Positions 8,638 to 17,580 of a DNA stretch of 64,000 nucleotides are shown here, piece after piece. Location: positions 1 through 64,000 of the forward strand of contig JAXGPF010000015.1 in the NCBI GenBank assembly GCA_040767085.1, given 5' to 3'. Position 1 is the stretch's first letter. The number at the start of each line of letters is the position of its first letter. The notes beneath the pieces were generated by a model. The model saw only the letters and a list, made by a program, of their open reading frames with translations, ran no database searches and was not told where the DNA came from. The DNA comes from Kiritimatiellia bacterium. Lineage in GTDB: Bacteria; Verrucomicrobiota; Kiritimatiellia; JAAZAB01. The position numbers were made by a program, and so were the translations under genes.

Positions 8638-9839
8638 TATCGCTTCAGGATTTTTTTAAACTCGCGCGTCAGCAGCGGTAAAATTTTAAACAAATCCCCG
8701 ACCAGACCGTAAGTCGCCACGTTGAAAATCGGCGCATCCTTGTCCTTGTTGATGGCGACAATGATATCGGCGGAGGACATCCCCGCCAGGTGTTGAATCT
8801 GGCCGCTGATGCCGCAGGCGATATAAATTTTCGGGCACACCGTCTTGCCGGTCTGGCCGACCTGGTGGGAATAGGGAATCCAACCCGCATCCACGGCCGC
8901 GCGGGAAGAGCCGACGCCCGCGCCGAGCACTTCCGCCAGTTCGCGCACCAGGGCGAAATTTTCCGGCTCCTGCAGACCGCGGCCGCCGGAGACGATGATG
9001 TTCGCCTCGGCGATGTTCATCGTGGTCTCGCGCTCGGCCTCGAAACGCAGCCGGCGCGTCCGGGAGCGCAGCAGTTCGGCGGCGATCTGCTCCACCACCG
9101 TTTCCCCGGCGCGGCCCGGGACCGCGACGGCTTCCTTCATGACTTTGTGCCGGACCGTCGCCATCTGGGGACGGTGATTCGGACTGATGATCGTGGCCAT
9201 GATGTTGCCGCCGAAGGCCGGGCGGGTCTGCAGCAGGTTGCCGGTTTCCGGATCGATCGCCAGGCCCGTGCAATCCGCGGTCAGGCCGGCATTGACCGGC
9301 ACGGCCACGCGCGAAACCAGGCTGCGGCCGATGGTGGTGGCGCCGCACAGCATGATTGCCGGCTTGTGCCGCCGGATCAGGTCCACCAGCACGGCGGCGT
9401 AAGGCTCGTCCTGAAAATACGCCAATTCCGGGCGGTCCGCCATGTACACCCTGTCGGCGCCGCGCTGCGTCAGCTCCGCCGCCTGCGCCTGCACATTATG
9501 ACCCAGCAGGACGGCACAGAGCGACATGTTCAACGCGTCCGCCAGTTTGCGCCCCTCGCCCAACAATTCGTAAGTAATGGACTGGATCGCGCCCTCTTTC
9601 TGCTCGGCGAACACCCAAACATTGCGGTAGCCGCTCAAGTCGTTCTTGGGAGCTTCAACCTTGCGGATTTCGATCGCCTTGAATTTCTTGCAGGCCTCGA
9701 CGCAGGCGCCGCACAAATTGCACTTGCCCACGTCAATGGCCGCCAGCCGTTCCTGCAATTGGATGGCGCCAAACGGGCAAGACTTGATGCAGAGGCCGCA
9801 GCCGACGCATTTTTCCGCAATGACAACAATCGGGTCCAT
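8637..9839 (-). CDS. etfA: Electron transfer flavoprotein alpha subunit with N-terminal 2x[4Fe-4S] ferredoxin domain
   Basis: CVGCGLCIKSCP and CNLCGACVEAC; GLTADCT, RPAFGGN and QVGQTGKTVCPKIYIACGISGQIQHLAGM motifs. Confidence 0.95.
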   Translation of the reverse strand: MDPIVVIAEKCVGCGLCIKSCPFGAIQLQERLAAIDVGKCNLCGACVEACKKFKAIEIRKVEAPKNDLSGYRNVWVFAEQKEGAIQSITYELLGEGRKLADALNMSLCAVLLGHNVQAQAAELTQRGADRVYMADRPELAYFQDEPYAAVLVDLIRRHKPAIMLCGATTIGRSLVSRVAVPVNAGLTADCTGLAIDPETGNLLQTRPAFGGNIMATIISPNHRPQMATVRHKVMKEAVAVPGRAGETVVEQIAAELLRSRTRRLRFEAERETTMNIAEANIIVSGGRGLQEPENFALVRELAEVLGAGVGSSRAAVDAGWIPYSHQVGQTGKTVCPKIYIACGISGQIQHLAGMSSADIIVAINKDKDAPIFNVATYGLVGDLFKILPLLTREFKKILKR

Positions 9840-9867
9840 GCCGTAAATTCCTTTTGCAGTAAAATTT

Positions 9868-10662
9868 TTATGACGCTGCCGCGATCACGGCGTCCTTGAG
9901 TTTTTCGGCAAGCTTGGCGGCCATTTCCGCGGGCTCGCCGGTAAACACTGCGCCGCCTCCGCGGGGGGGCGGGTTGAAGATTTTAACCACCTTTGTCGGC
10001 GAACCGTTCAAGCCCAGGCGGTTGGCGTCGCAGGCCAGGTCGGCCGCCTTCCATTGGATAATCGCTGCCTTCTTGGCGGCCAGTTTACCCTTGAGCGACG
10101 GCAGGCGCGGCTCGTTGATCTCCTTGACCACGGTCAGCACGCAGGGCAGCGGGCTTTCAATCACCTCGAACCCGTCTTCCAGCAGACGTTCGGCCACGAT
10201 GCGGTCGGCGCCGATTTCCTCGACCCGGCGAACGTACGTGATTTGCGGCAAGTCCAGGTGGGCGGCAATGCCCGGTCCGACCTGCGCCGTATCGCCGTCC
10301 GCCGCCTGCTTCCCGCACAGGATCAGGTTGAAATCGCCGATCTTGCGCAAGGCCATGGCCAGGGTGTAGCTTGTGGCCCAGGTATCGCTGCCGGCAAAGG
10401 CGCGGTCGGAAACCAGGATGCCCTGGTCCACGCCCAGGGAAATTGCCTCGCGCAGGGCGCTGTCCGCCTGCGGCGGCCCCATGGTCAGGGCGGTCACCTT
10501 CCCGCCCATCTTTTCCTTCAGGCGCACCGCCTCTTCGATGGCATACATATCGAACGGGTTGATGATCGAGGCCACGCCTTCGCGGATCAAGGTGTTGGTC
10601 TTGGGATCAATCTTGACATCCGCCGTGTCCGGCACCTGTTTGATACAAACGACAAAATGCAT
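9868..10662 (-). CDS. etfB: Electron transfer flavoprotein beta subunit
   Basis: VCIKQVPDT, INPFD, FAGSDTWATS and GKQAADGDTAQVGP motifs. Confidence 0.95.
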   Translation of the reverse strand: MHFVVCIKQVPDTADVKIDPKTNTLIREGVASIINPFDMYAIEEAVRLKEKMGGKVTALTMGPPQADSALREAISLGVDQGILVSDRAFAGSDTWATSYTLAMALRKIGDFNLILCGKQAADGDTAQVGPGIAAHLDLPQITYVRRVEEIGADRIVAERLLEDGFEVIESPLPCVLTVVKEINEPRLPSLKGKLAAKKAAIIQWKAADLACDANRLGLNGSPTKVVKIFNPPPRGGGAVFTGEPAEMAAKLAEKLKDAVIAAAS

Positions 10663-10848
10663 GTTGCTTTAATTCCTCCCGCATAAACAACCAGTCACCC
10701 GCCAAACCGATGGAAATCGAAACATTGTATCTTTTCGGGACTGGTTTGCAAGGATCAAAATCATCGCCCGTCAAAATCATTGCCGCGGCATGCAAGCTGT
10801 GATAATTTAACCACCGGAATTTACGCCGCGTAAGATTCAGGAACAGAT

Positions 10849-13806
10849 ATGCGCACTTTAAAGGGCATGGCTTGCGGACTTTTGCTCCTGGCAGTCTGCA
10901 GCGGCATTCTGCTGGTTTCCGACTGGCGCCGCCGGATGCAGCCCGCGGCCGAAATTCCCGCGGTTTCAATTTTTCAATTTTCCAGCCGCAACGTCCTTGA
11001 TGAAAGCGTCCGCGGCTGCTTCGACGGCTTGGCGGACCGCGGCTACCGCGACGGCCAGACCTTGCGCGCCCGGATTTACAATGCCGAATCGGATCTCCCG
11101 ACGGCCAATGCCATCGCCCGCGCCATCCTGGAAGATGGTTGCCGACTGGTCGTGACTTTCAGCACACCCGCCCTGCAGGTCGTGGCCGGCGCCAACCAGG
11201 CCGGCAAACTGATCCACTTATTCGGCACGGTCACCGACCCCTACCTGGCGGGCGTCGGCCTGTCGCGCGCCCATCCCGGACAAAGGCCGCCGCACCTGGC
11301 GGGCATCGGCACGTTTCAACCCGTCCGGGAAGTCTGGCGCCTGGCGCATCGAACCAACCCGCGCCTGAAATCCGCCGGCGTGGTCTGGTGCACCGCGGAG
11401 ACCTGTTCCGAAGCCTGCACGGCCCTGGCGCGGGAAGCAGCCGCCGATCTGGAGGTCACGCTGCTGGAAATGCCGGTCAGCGCCTCCACGGAAATATCGG
11501 ACGCCGTCCGCGCCCTGCTCAACCGCGGCGTCGAAGCCATCTGGATCGGCGGCGACAACATTGTTGAAATGGCCGCGCCTAATGTCATCGAACTGGCGCT
11601 GCAGGCCGGCGTGCCGGTGTTTGCCAACGCCCCCGACCATGCGGCGCACGGCGCCCTCCTGGCGCTGGGAGCGGATTACTACCAGGTCGGCCGCACCGTC
11701 GGCAACCTGGCAGCGGATGTGATGGAAGGCCGCTCGCCCGCGGCGATCCCCGTTGAAAATGTCGTGCCGCCCCTGTTATGGATCAACACCAACATCCTGG
11801 CGCGCTTGCGCGACCCGGACCGCTGGCGGCCGCCGCCGGAAATTTTGGCTCAGGCCGCCCGGATTTTCGGGCCCGCCGGCGAGCCGGCTGCGCCGGACCG
11901 CGCGCGCGGCCGCCGCTCCGCTGCGGCCGGGGACACGCCCGCTACCCCGGCGCCGCGCGCGCAAGCCGTTCCCTACCGCGTCGGGTTGGTGTATTTCGGG
12001 CCTGACCCCTTCGTGGATAACGGCATCGCTGGATTAAAAGACGGCCTGCGGCGGGAAGGATTACAGGAAGGCGCGGAAGTGGAATTCCTGGTCCGGCATG
12101 CCCAAAGCGACATCTCCCAGATTCCGCAGGTCATCCAGCAGATGGACGGCGCCGGCCTGGATTTGCTGGTGCCCATGACCACGCCTTGCCTGACGGCCGC
12201 CATCAGCGGCGCGCGCCGCACACCCATTGTCTTCACCCTGGTATACGATCCGATTGCCGCCGGCGCGGGCACTGATTTCACCAACCACCTCCCCCGCCTG
12301 ACCGGCATCGGATCATTCCCGCCCTTGCCGGAAACCATGGCCCTGATCCGGCGCCTGGCGCCGCAGGCCGCCACGGTTGGCACGCTCTACAATCCCGCCG
12401 AGATCAATTCCAGCCGCGCGGTGGCCGCCGGCAAAATCCTGCTGCAAGCGCAGGGCCTGGCGCTGGAAGCCGTCGCCGTCGCCGCTTCCGCCGAACTCCA
12501 CACCGCGACCCTCGCGCTGGTCCAGCGCGGAGTGGATGCCATTTGGATCACCGGCGACAACACCGCCATTTCCGGCTTCTCCGCAATTGCCAAAGCCGCC
12601 CGGGACCAGCGCCTGCCCCTGATCTGCAACGACCTGGACATGCTCGCGGAAGGCGCGCTGGCGGCTGTCGGATTCAATCCGTACGACTCAGGTTTTGCCG
12701 CCGCCGCCCCGGCCGCGCAAGTCCTGCGCGGCGCCGCACCCGCCGCCATCCCGATCCGCAATGTTGCCATCCGCCAGGTGGCGCTGCAGCCGGAGCCGGC
12801 CCGGCGCCTCGGACTTCGCCTGGACGATGCGCTCCTGGCCGGGGCCGACATCCTGGCCGGCCCGCCGGTCAAGCCGTGGAAAATCAGCCTGCTGCAGCAG
12901 GTGGACACGCCGGCGGTGGAAGAATCGCGCACAGGCATCCTGGCCGGCCTGGCAGCAGCGGGCCTGCGGGAGGGGCGCGATTATTCCCTGGCCATCCGCA
13001 ATGCCCAGGGCGACCTCTCGCTCCTCCCTGGTTTGGTGGATGCCGGCCTCGCGGCCGGCGCGGACATGTTCATCACCATCACCACGCCGGCCCTGCAGAC
13101 GGTCCTGAAACTGCAGGACAAAATCGGACCACGTCCGGTGATTTTCGCATTGTCGCTCGACCCGCTGCTGATCGGCGACTCGGGCAGCCATACTAATCAC
13201 CGCGCCAACGTCACCGGCGTCTTTGACCGCAGCCCGTTCGAAGACATGCTGCAAATCCTGCGCGCCGTCATGCCGTCCGCCCGCCGGATCGGCACGCTGT
13301 ATGCCCCGGCCGAAATCAATTCCGTTGTCTTCCGCGACGAGTTGGCGCGCGTTGCCGCCGGCGCCGGACTGGAGTTGACCGCCACGCCGGTCAGCGCGGC
13401 GGGCGAGGCCGCCGATGCCGCTGCCGCCCTCGCCCAACAGAAAATTGACGCCATCTGCCAGATCAACGACAACCTGAACAACGCCGCCTTCCCCGCGCTG
13501 GCCGCCGCCGCCCGCCGCGCCCGCCTGCCGGTCTTCGCCTTCAGTTCCGGGCTGGCGGACATGGGCGCGGCGCTGACCCTGGCGAACGATCATGCCGCGG
13601 GAGGCCAGGAAGCGGCGGCGCTGGCCGCGCGCGTCATGCGCGGACAAAGTCCGGCCTCACTGCCCTACCGCCCCGTGCAGCGCAAGCGGTTGACGATCAA
13701 TCTGGATGCGGCTGCGGCCGCCGGCCTGACGATCCCCACGGCAATCATCCGGCGCGCCGACCGCGTGATCGGCGCGGCTGGGCGCCCCACCGTTGAGGCG
13801 CGATAA
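10849..13806 (+). CDS. ABC transporter substrate-binding protein with three tandem ABC_sub_bind-type domains
   Basis: Three repeats of the pattern (NA/HA)xxD...TP...TDP/YDP/LDP...GxxYxxAE...GDN/NDN...INxxxA, plus an N-terminal hydrophobic anchor. Confidence 0.85.
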   Translation: MRTLKGMACGLLLLAVCSGILLVSDWRRRMQPAAEIPAVSIFQFSSRNVLDESVRGCFDGLADRGYRDGQTLRARIYNAESDLPTANAIARAILEDGCRLVVTFSTPALQVVAGANQAGKLIHLFGTVTDPYLAGVGLSRAHPGQRPPHLAGIGTFQPVREVWRLAHRTNPRLKSAGVVWCTAETCSEACTALAREAAADLEVTLLEMPVSASTEISDAVRALLNRGVEAIWIGGDNIVEMAAPNVIELALQAGVPVFANAPDHAAHGALLALGADYYQVGRTVGNLAADVMEGRSPAAIPVENVVPPLLWINTNILARLRDPDRWRPPPEILAQAARIFGPAGEPAAPDRARGRRSAAAGDTPATPAPRAQAVPYRVGLVYFGPDPFVDNGIAGLKDGLRREGLQEGAEVEFLVRHAQSDISQIPQVIQQMDGAGLDLLVPMTTPCLTAAISGARRTPIVFTLVYDPIAAGAGTDFTNHLPRLTGIGSFPPLPETMALIRRLAPQAATVGTLYNPAEINSSRAVAAGKILLQAQGLALEAVAVAASAELHTATLALVQRGVDAIWITGDNTAISGFSAIAKAARDQRLPLICNDLDMLAEGALAAVGFNPYDSGFAAAAPAAQVLRGAAPAAIPIRNVAIRQVALQPEPARRLGLRLDDALLAGADILAGPPVKPWKISLLQQVDTPAVEESRTGILAGLAAAGLREGRDYSLAIRNAQGDLSLLPGLVDAGLAAGADMFITITTPALQTVLKLQDKIGPRPVIFALSLDPLLIGDSGSHTNHRANVTGVFDRSPFEDMLQILRAVMPSARRIGTLYAPAEINSVVFRDELARVAAGAGLELTATPVSAAGEAADAAAALAQQKIDAICQINDNLNNAAFPALAAAARRARLPVFAFSSGLADMGAALTLANDHAAGGQEAAALAARVMRGQSPASLPYRPVQRKRLTINLDAAAAAGLTIPTAIIRRADRVIGAAGRPTVEAR

Positions 13807-13895
13807 CCGCGGTCGGCCGGCCCCGGACCCACGACGGCAGCGGGAAGCCAAAAGAATTTGCCGACATGGCGCCCCGCATGTTATATTAGCGCGCA

Positions 13896-15092
13896 ATGCA
13901 TAAGCTGACGGACATCGCCGCGCCCGCCCGTCTGGACGGCGCGGGAGCTGAAATCCTGGCGCATCAGATGGATGAAGCCATCCGCGCCGGCCGCTACCGC
14001 ATCCGGCTTTCGCTGCTGGAGACGGCCTTCCTGAGTTCGGCCGGCATCCGTACGCTGTTGACTTATCACCGCCAGCTGATGAAACTGGGCGGCAGTTTGG
14101 CGATCGTGGACGCCGCCGCCGTGATTCGAGCCACCCTCGACCTGAGCGGCCTGACGGAACTGCTGGCGGTATCGTCCGCACCGGCGAAGGCCCCTCCCCC
14201 GGCCGCCGCCGGGCCCCGACTGCTGCACTCCCCGCGAGTGCAACTCGAAGTTGCAACGCTGGACGGCGGCGATTTGAAAGGGTTTCGCGCCGGGCTCCCG
14301 GAAGCACTGGCCCAACCGGCGGCAGCAGCGCCGTTGACACGCCTGGCTCTGGACGAAGATTTTTACGGCGTGGGCCTGGGCGCCTTCGGTCCGCCGGACG
14401 AGTGCCAAAACCGGGTCGGCGAATTGCTCTGCGCCGCGGGCATGGCCGCCACCCGGGCGGCTGACAGCAAAGTGCCCGATTACATGATCAGTCAACCGCG
14501 TCTGCGGCCGGAAATTCATGCGTTGTACGCCGCCGGTTTCACCGGCAAGTTTGCGGCCCTGGCCCGGTTCCGTCCGCCGGCGGATGACGCGGATGTGACC
14601 CTGACGGATTTGCTGCACGCCTTGCTGGCCGGACAGGCCTGGCCGGCCATGGGCTTTGCCATGATCGCTGAAATCGGCGGGTTGGTCGGCGCGGCCGCCA
14701 TCCGCGCGCCGGCCGCTGTGGCGGCGGGCGGTTTTTTCGATTTCCCGGCCCTGCGTGAACACCTGGAATACACCGCCGAACCGGAATATGGCCGCGACCT
14801 GGCCGTGGCGGTCGGGTTGGTGTTCCAGGAAACGCCATCCCGCGCCTGGCAGCCTTTTTTACGGCCGGCGGGCGGCAAGCACAACTGGCTGACGCATATG
14901 CATGCCGCCGTGTTTGCGTATCGGGCCCTGCCGGCCGGCACCCCGGCCTTCGCCGCAATTTTCCGGGAATTGCTGGAACAATCGCAATTGCGCGCCGTGC
15001 TCCACCTGGTCCATGACAGCCGGCCGGCCACCGGCCTGGGCGACAGCCGCTTCCGACATGGCATGGTCTGGTGCGGGCCGCTGATTGAATGA
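13896..15092 (+). CDS. STAS (anti-sigma-factor antagonist-like) domain fused to an uncharacterised ~300-aa domain
   Basis: RLD...FLSSAGIRTLL...GGSLAI...TLDLSGL STAS pattern; C-terminal part carries HMHAAVF and HLVHD. Confidence 0.7.
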   Translation: MHKLTDIAAPARLDGAGAEILAHQMDEAIRAGRYRIRLSLLETAFLSSAGIRTLLTYHRQLMKLGGSLAIVDAAAVIRATLDLSGLTELLAVSSAPAKAPPPAAAGPRLLHSPRVQLEVATLDGGDLKGFRAGLPEALAQPAAAAPLTRLALDEDFYGVGLGAFGPPDECQNRVGELLCAAGMAATRAADSKVPDYMISQPRLRPEIHALYAAGFTGKFAALARFRPPADDADVTLTDLLHALLAGQAWPAMGFAMIAEIGGLVGAAAIRAPAAVAAGGFFDFPALREHLEYTAEPEYGRDLAVAVGLVFQETPSRAWQPFLRPAGGKHNWLTHMHAAVFAYRALPAGTPAFAAIFRELLEQSQLRAVLHLVHDSRPATGLGDSRFRHGMVWCGPLIE

Positions 15093-15098
15093 ACTGAT

Positions 15099-16031
15099 AT
15101 GAACCTTCTGCTCGGATCTTTGACCATCGGCTTGATCCTCAGCCTGCTGGCCTGGGGCGTGTATATTTCCTTCCGGATTTTTTCCTTCCCGGATATGACC
15201 GCCGACGGCTCGATCGTGCTCGGCGCCGCCGTTGCCGCCCGGCTGCTGACCGCGGGCATGGCGCCCCTGCCGGCCACGTTACTGGCCGCCCTGGCCGGAC
15301 TGCTGGCCGGCATGGCCACGGGCGTCCTGCATACCCGCTTCAAGATCAACGGCTTGCTGGCCGGCATCCTCGTGATGACGGCGCTCTATTCCGTCAACCT
15401 GCACATCATGGGCCGCAGCAACCTGCCGCTGCTGTCCGTCCGCACCCTCATGACGGACGTGGATGCGCTGGCGGCGGCCGTCCTCGGCGGCCGCGCGGAA
15501 TTCAATCTCGGCGGCTGGCTGGCGGCGCGCCAGGACCTGGCCATGCTCTGCGCCGCCGCAGCCATCACCGCGCTGATGGCCGGCCTGCTCCTGTGGTTTT
15601 TTCGCACGCGCCTGGGCAGCGCCATGCGCGCCACGGGCGACAATCCCCAGATGATTCGCGCGCTGGGCGGAAATACCAACCGCCTGACGATCATCGGATT
15701 GGCGCTGTCGAACGGCATCATTGCGATCTCCGGCGCACTGCTGGCGCAATACCAGGGATTCGCCGATGTGCAGATGGGACTGGGCATGCTGGTGTGGGGC
15801 CTGGCCAGCGTGATCATCGGCGAATCGTTGATGCAATCGCGGCGGTTGGCGCCGGCGATTGTCGGGGCCGTCATGGGTTCGCTGCTCTTCCGCCTGCTGG
15901 TGGCCATAGCATTGCGCTGGGGGCTGAATCCCAACGATTTAAAATTGATTACCGCCATTTTCGTGTTGGCAGCGTTGGTGCTGCCGAAATTAAAGCTGAC
16001 GCGGAACGGCCCGGCCAAAAGACCCGTCTGA
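15099..16031 (+). CDS. ABC transporter permease
   Basis: GVYISFRIFSFPDMTADGS, GLLAGILVMTALYSVNLHIMG and GSAMRATGDN motifs; multiple TM helices. Confidence 0.9.
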   Translation: MNLLLGSLTIGLILSLLAWGVYISFRIFSFPDMTADGSIVLGAAVAARLLTAGMAPLPATLLAALAGLLAGMATGVLHTRFKINGLLAGILVMTALYSVNLHIMGRSNLPLLSVRTLMTDVDALAAAVLGGRAEFNLGGWLAARQDLAMLCAAAAITALMAGLLLWFFRTRLGSAMRATGDNPQMIRALGGNTNRLTIIGLALSNGIIAISGALLAQYQGFADVQMGLGMLVWGLASVIIGESLMQSRRLAPAIVGAVMGSLLFRLLVAIALRWGLNPNDLKLITAIFVLAALVLPKLKLTRNGPAKRPV

Positions 16032-16058
16032 TCAGCCGGCTGCGGAGCAATCAACATC

Positions 16059-16871
16059 ATGCTGCAAATCGAAGCCATCGTCAAAACTTTCCATCCCGGC
16101 ACGCCCGACGCCGTCCGCGCCTTGGATGGCGTCACCCTGTCCATGCCGGCCGGCGAATTCGTCGTGGTTATCGGGACTAACGGCTCCGGCAAATCCACAC
16201 TGCTCAACACCGCGGCCGGAGTGTTCCGCCCGGATGCCGGCCGCATCCGGCTGGACGGCCGGGACATTACAAGCTGGCCGGAACATCGCCGGGCGCGCCT
16301 GATCGGCCGCGTCTTCCAGAATCCATTCAGCGGGACCGCCCCGCATCTCACGATCGCCGAAAACCTGGCCCTGGCCTCCCGGCGCGGCCTGACGCGCGGA
16401 CTGGGGCGGACATTGAGCCGCAGGCTGCGGGAGGAATGCCGCGCGCGGGCGGGCGCGTTAAACCTCGGGTTGGAAGACCGGCTGGACACTGAAATCGGCG
16501 CGCTCTCAGGCGGCCAGCGCCAGGCCCTGACGCTCCTCATGGCCGTCTGGCGCAAGCCGCAACTCCTGCTGCTGGATGAACATACTGCCGCGCTCGATCC
16601 CAAAACCGCCGACCACATCGCCCGCCTGACCAGCCAGATCGTGCAGCGCGATCGCCTGACCACCCTCATGGTAACCCATTCCATGCAGCAAGCCGTCAAT
16701 CTCGGTTCCCGCCTGGTAATGATGCATCGCGGCCGGATCGTCTTCGAGGCGGCCGGCGCGGAAAAACAGCGCCTGCGCGTGGAACGCCTGCTGGACAAGT
16801 TCCAGGAACTGCGCCGCGCCGACCGGCTGGACGCCGGCGCCGCGGAACTCCTGCGCCAGACATATCTCTGA
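16059..16871 (+). CDS. ABC transporter ATP-binding protein
   Basis: Walker A GTNGSGKS, signature LSGGQRQ, Walker B LLLLDEHTAALDP, and VTH motif. Confidence 0.95.
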   Translation: MLQIEAIVKTFHPGTPDAVRALDGVTLSMPAGEFVVVIGTNGSGKSTLLNTAAGVFRPDAGRIRLDGRDITSWPEHRRARLIGRVFQNPFSGTAPHLTIAENLALASRRGLTRGLGRTLSRRLREECRARAGALNLGLEDRLDTEIGALSGGQRQALTLLMAVWRKPQLLLLDEHTAALDPKTADHIARLTSQIVQRDRLTTLMVTHSMQQAVNLGSRLVMMHRGRIVFEAAGAEKQRLRVERLLDKFQELRRADRLDAGAAELLRQTYL

Positions 16872-16903
16872 CTCCGCGCCGCCGGCGCGCCATTCCGCCG
16901 GAC

Positions 16904-16945
16904 AAAAAAAGGCCGCAGTCTCAACCGGAGTTGATGCTGCGGCCT
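16904..16945 (-). terminator. Rho-independent terminator downstream of tRNA-Leu
   Basis: Minus strand AGGCCGCAG...CTGCGGCCT stem followed by a T-run (A7 on the plus strand). Confidence 0.8.
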
Positions 16946-16950
16946 CTAAA

Positions 16951-17037
16951 TGGTGCACCCGAGAGGAGTTGAACCTCCACGGCCTTGCGGCCACAAGGAC
17001 CTGAACCTTGCGTGTATGCCAATTTCACCACGGGTGC
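16951..17037 (-). tRNA. tRNA-Leu (anticodon CAG)
   Basis: Reverse complement GCACCCGTGGTGAAATTGGCATACACGCAAGGTTCAGGTCCTTGTGGCCGCAAGGCCGTGGAGGTTCAACTCCTCTCGGGTGCACCA: acceptor stem, CAAGG/CCTTG anticodon stem, long variable arm, GGTTCAA T-loop and encoded CCA. Confidence 0.97.
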
Positions 17038-17112
17038 ATAACGGAAATGTCGATAAGTAATATCACAAGCCGGCGGCGCCCGTCAATTAAAAATGCATTA
17101 AATTCGACGGAC

Positions 17113-17580
17113 TCATGCCAGCAGGCGCTCGAGCAAGCCTTGGGCGCGCGCGCCGGCCAGCCAGCGCAATTCCCGGCGCCGCATGCGCCGACGGTCGGCG
17201 TCGGTATAATCGCCGCTGCCGGCCAGGTGATCGGCTCCGTGCGCAAGGTACAACGCCAGTTCGGTTTCGGCGCCGCCGCGGCGCCCCGTCCCGATTACAC
17301 AAGCGCGTTGGACATTGACGAAAATTTCGCCCTGCCAACCGCCGCCGGGCGCCGCCAGGGGCGCGGCGAAACTGATGACATCGGTCGCGTGCGTGCGATC
17401 GAGATAGAGACGGTTGATCCGGGCAATGCTGCTGTCGTCCAGCAACACCACGGACACACCCCGCCACGTCCGGCGCGGATTAAGGCGCGCGGTTTGGTCC
17501 ATCAGGTATTGCATCAGCCGGCGCACCCGGCTTGAACTGATCCGCCGCGCGGCTTGCGTCTGGTTTATTGCGATTTTCAT
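17113..17580 (-). CDS. ybeY: rRNA maturation RNase YbeY
   Basis: INRLYL...ATDVISF, GEIFV and HGADHLAGSGD motifs. The third His of the usual HGxxHLxGxDH motif is replaced. Start set at ATG 17580. Confidence 0.8.
   Translation of the reverse strand: MKIAINQTQAARRISSSRVRRLMQYLMDQTARLNPRRTWRGVSVVLLDDSSIARINRLYLDRTHATDVISFAAPLAAPGGGWQGEIFVNVQRACVIGTGRRGGAETELALYLAHGADHLAGSGDYTDADRRRMRRRELRWLAGARAQGLLERLLA

Noticed and set aside
15386-16924. Long antisense ORFs (512 aa here; also 5353-6669, 8790-9899, 4236-5207 and others)
   Set aside because: Shadow ORFs opposite well-supported genes, as expected in high-GC DNA.
16951-17037. tRNA-anchored integrative element or prophage
   Set aside because: No integrase is present, and I saw no duplicated tRNA 3' end in the window.
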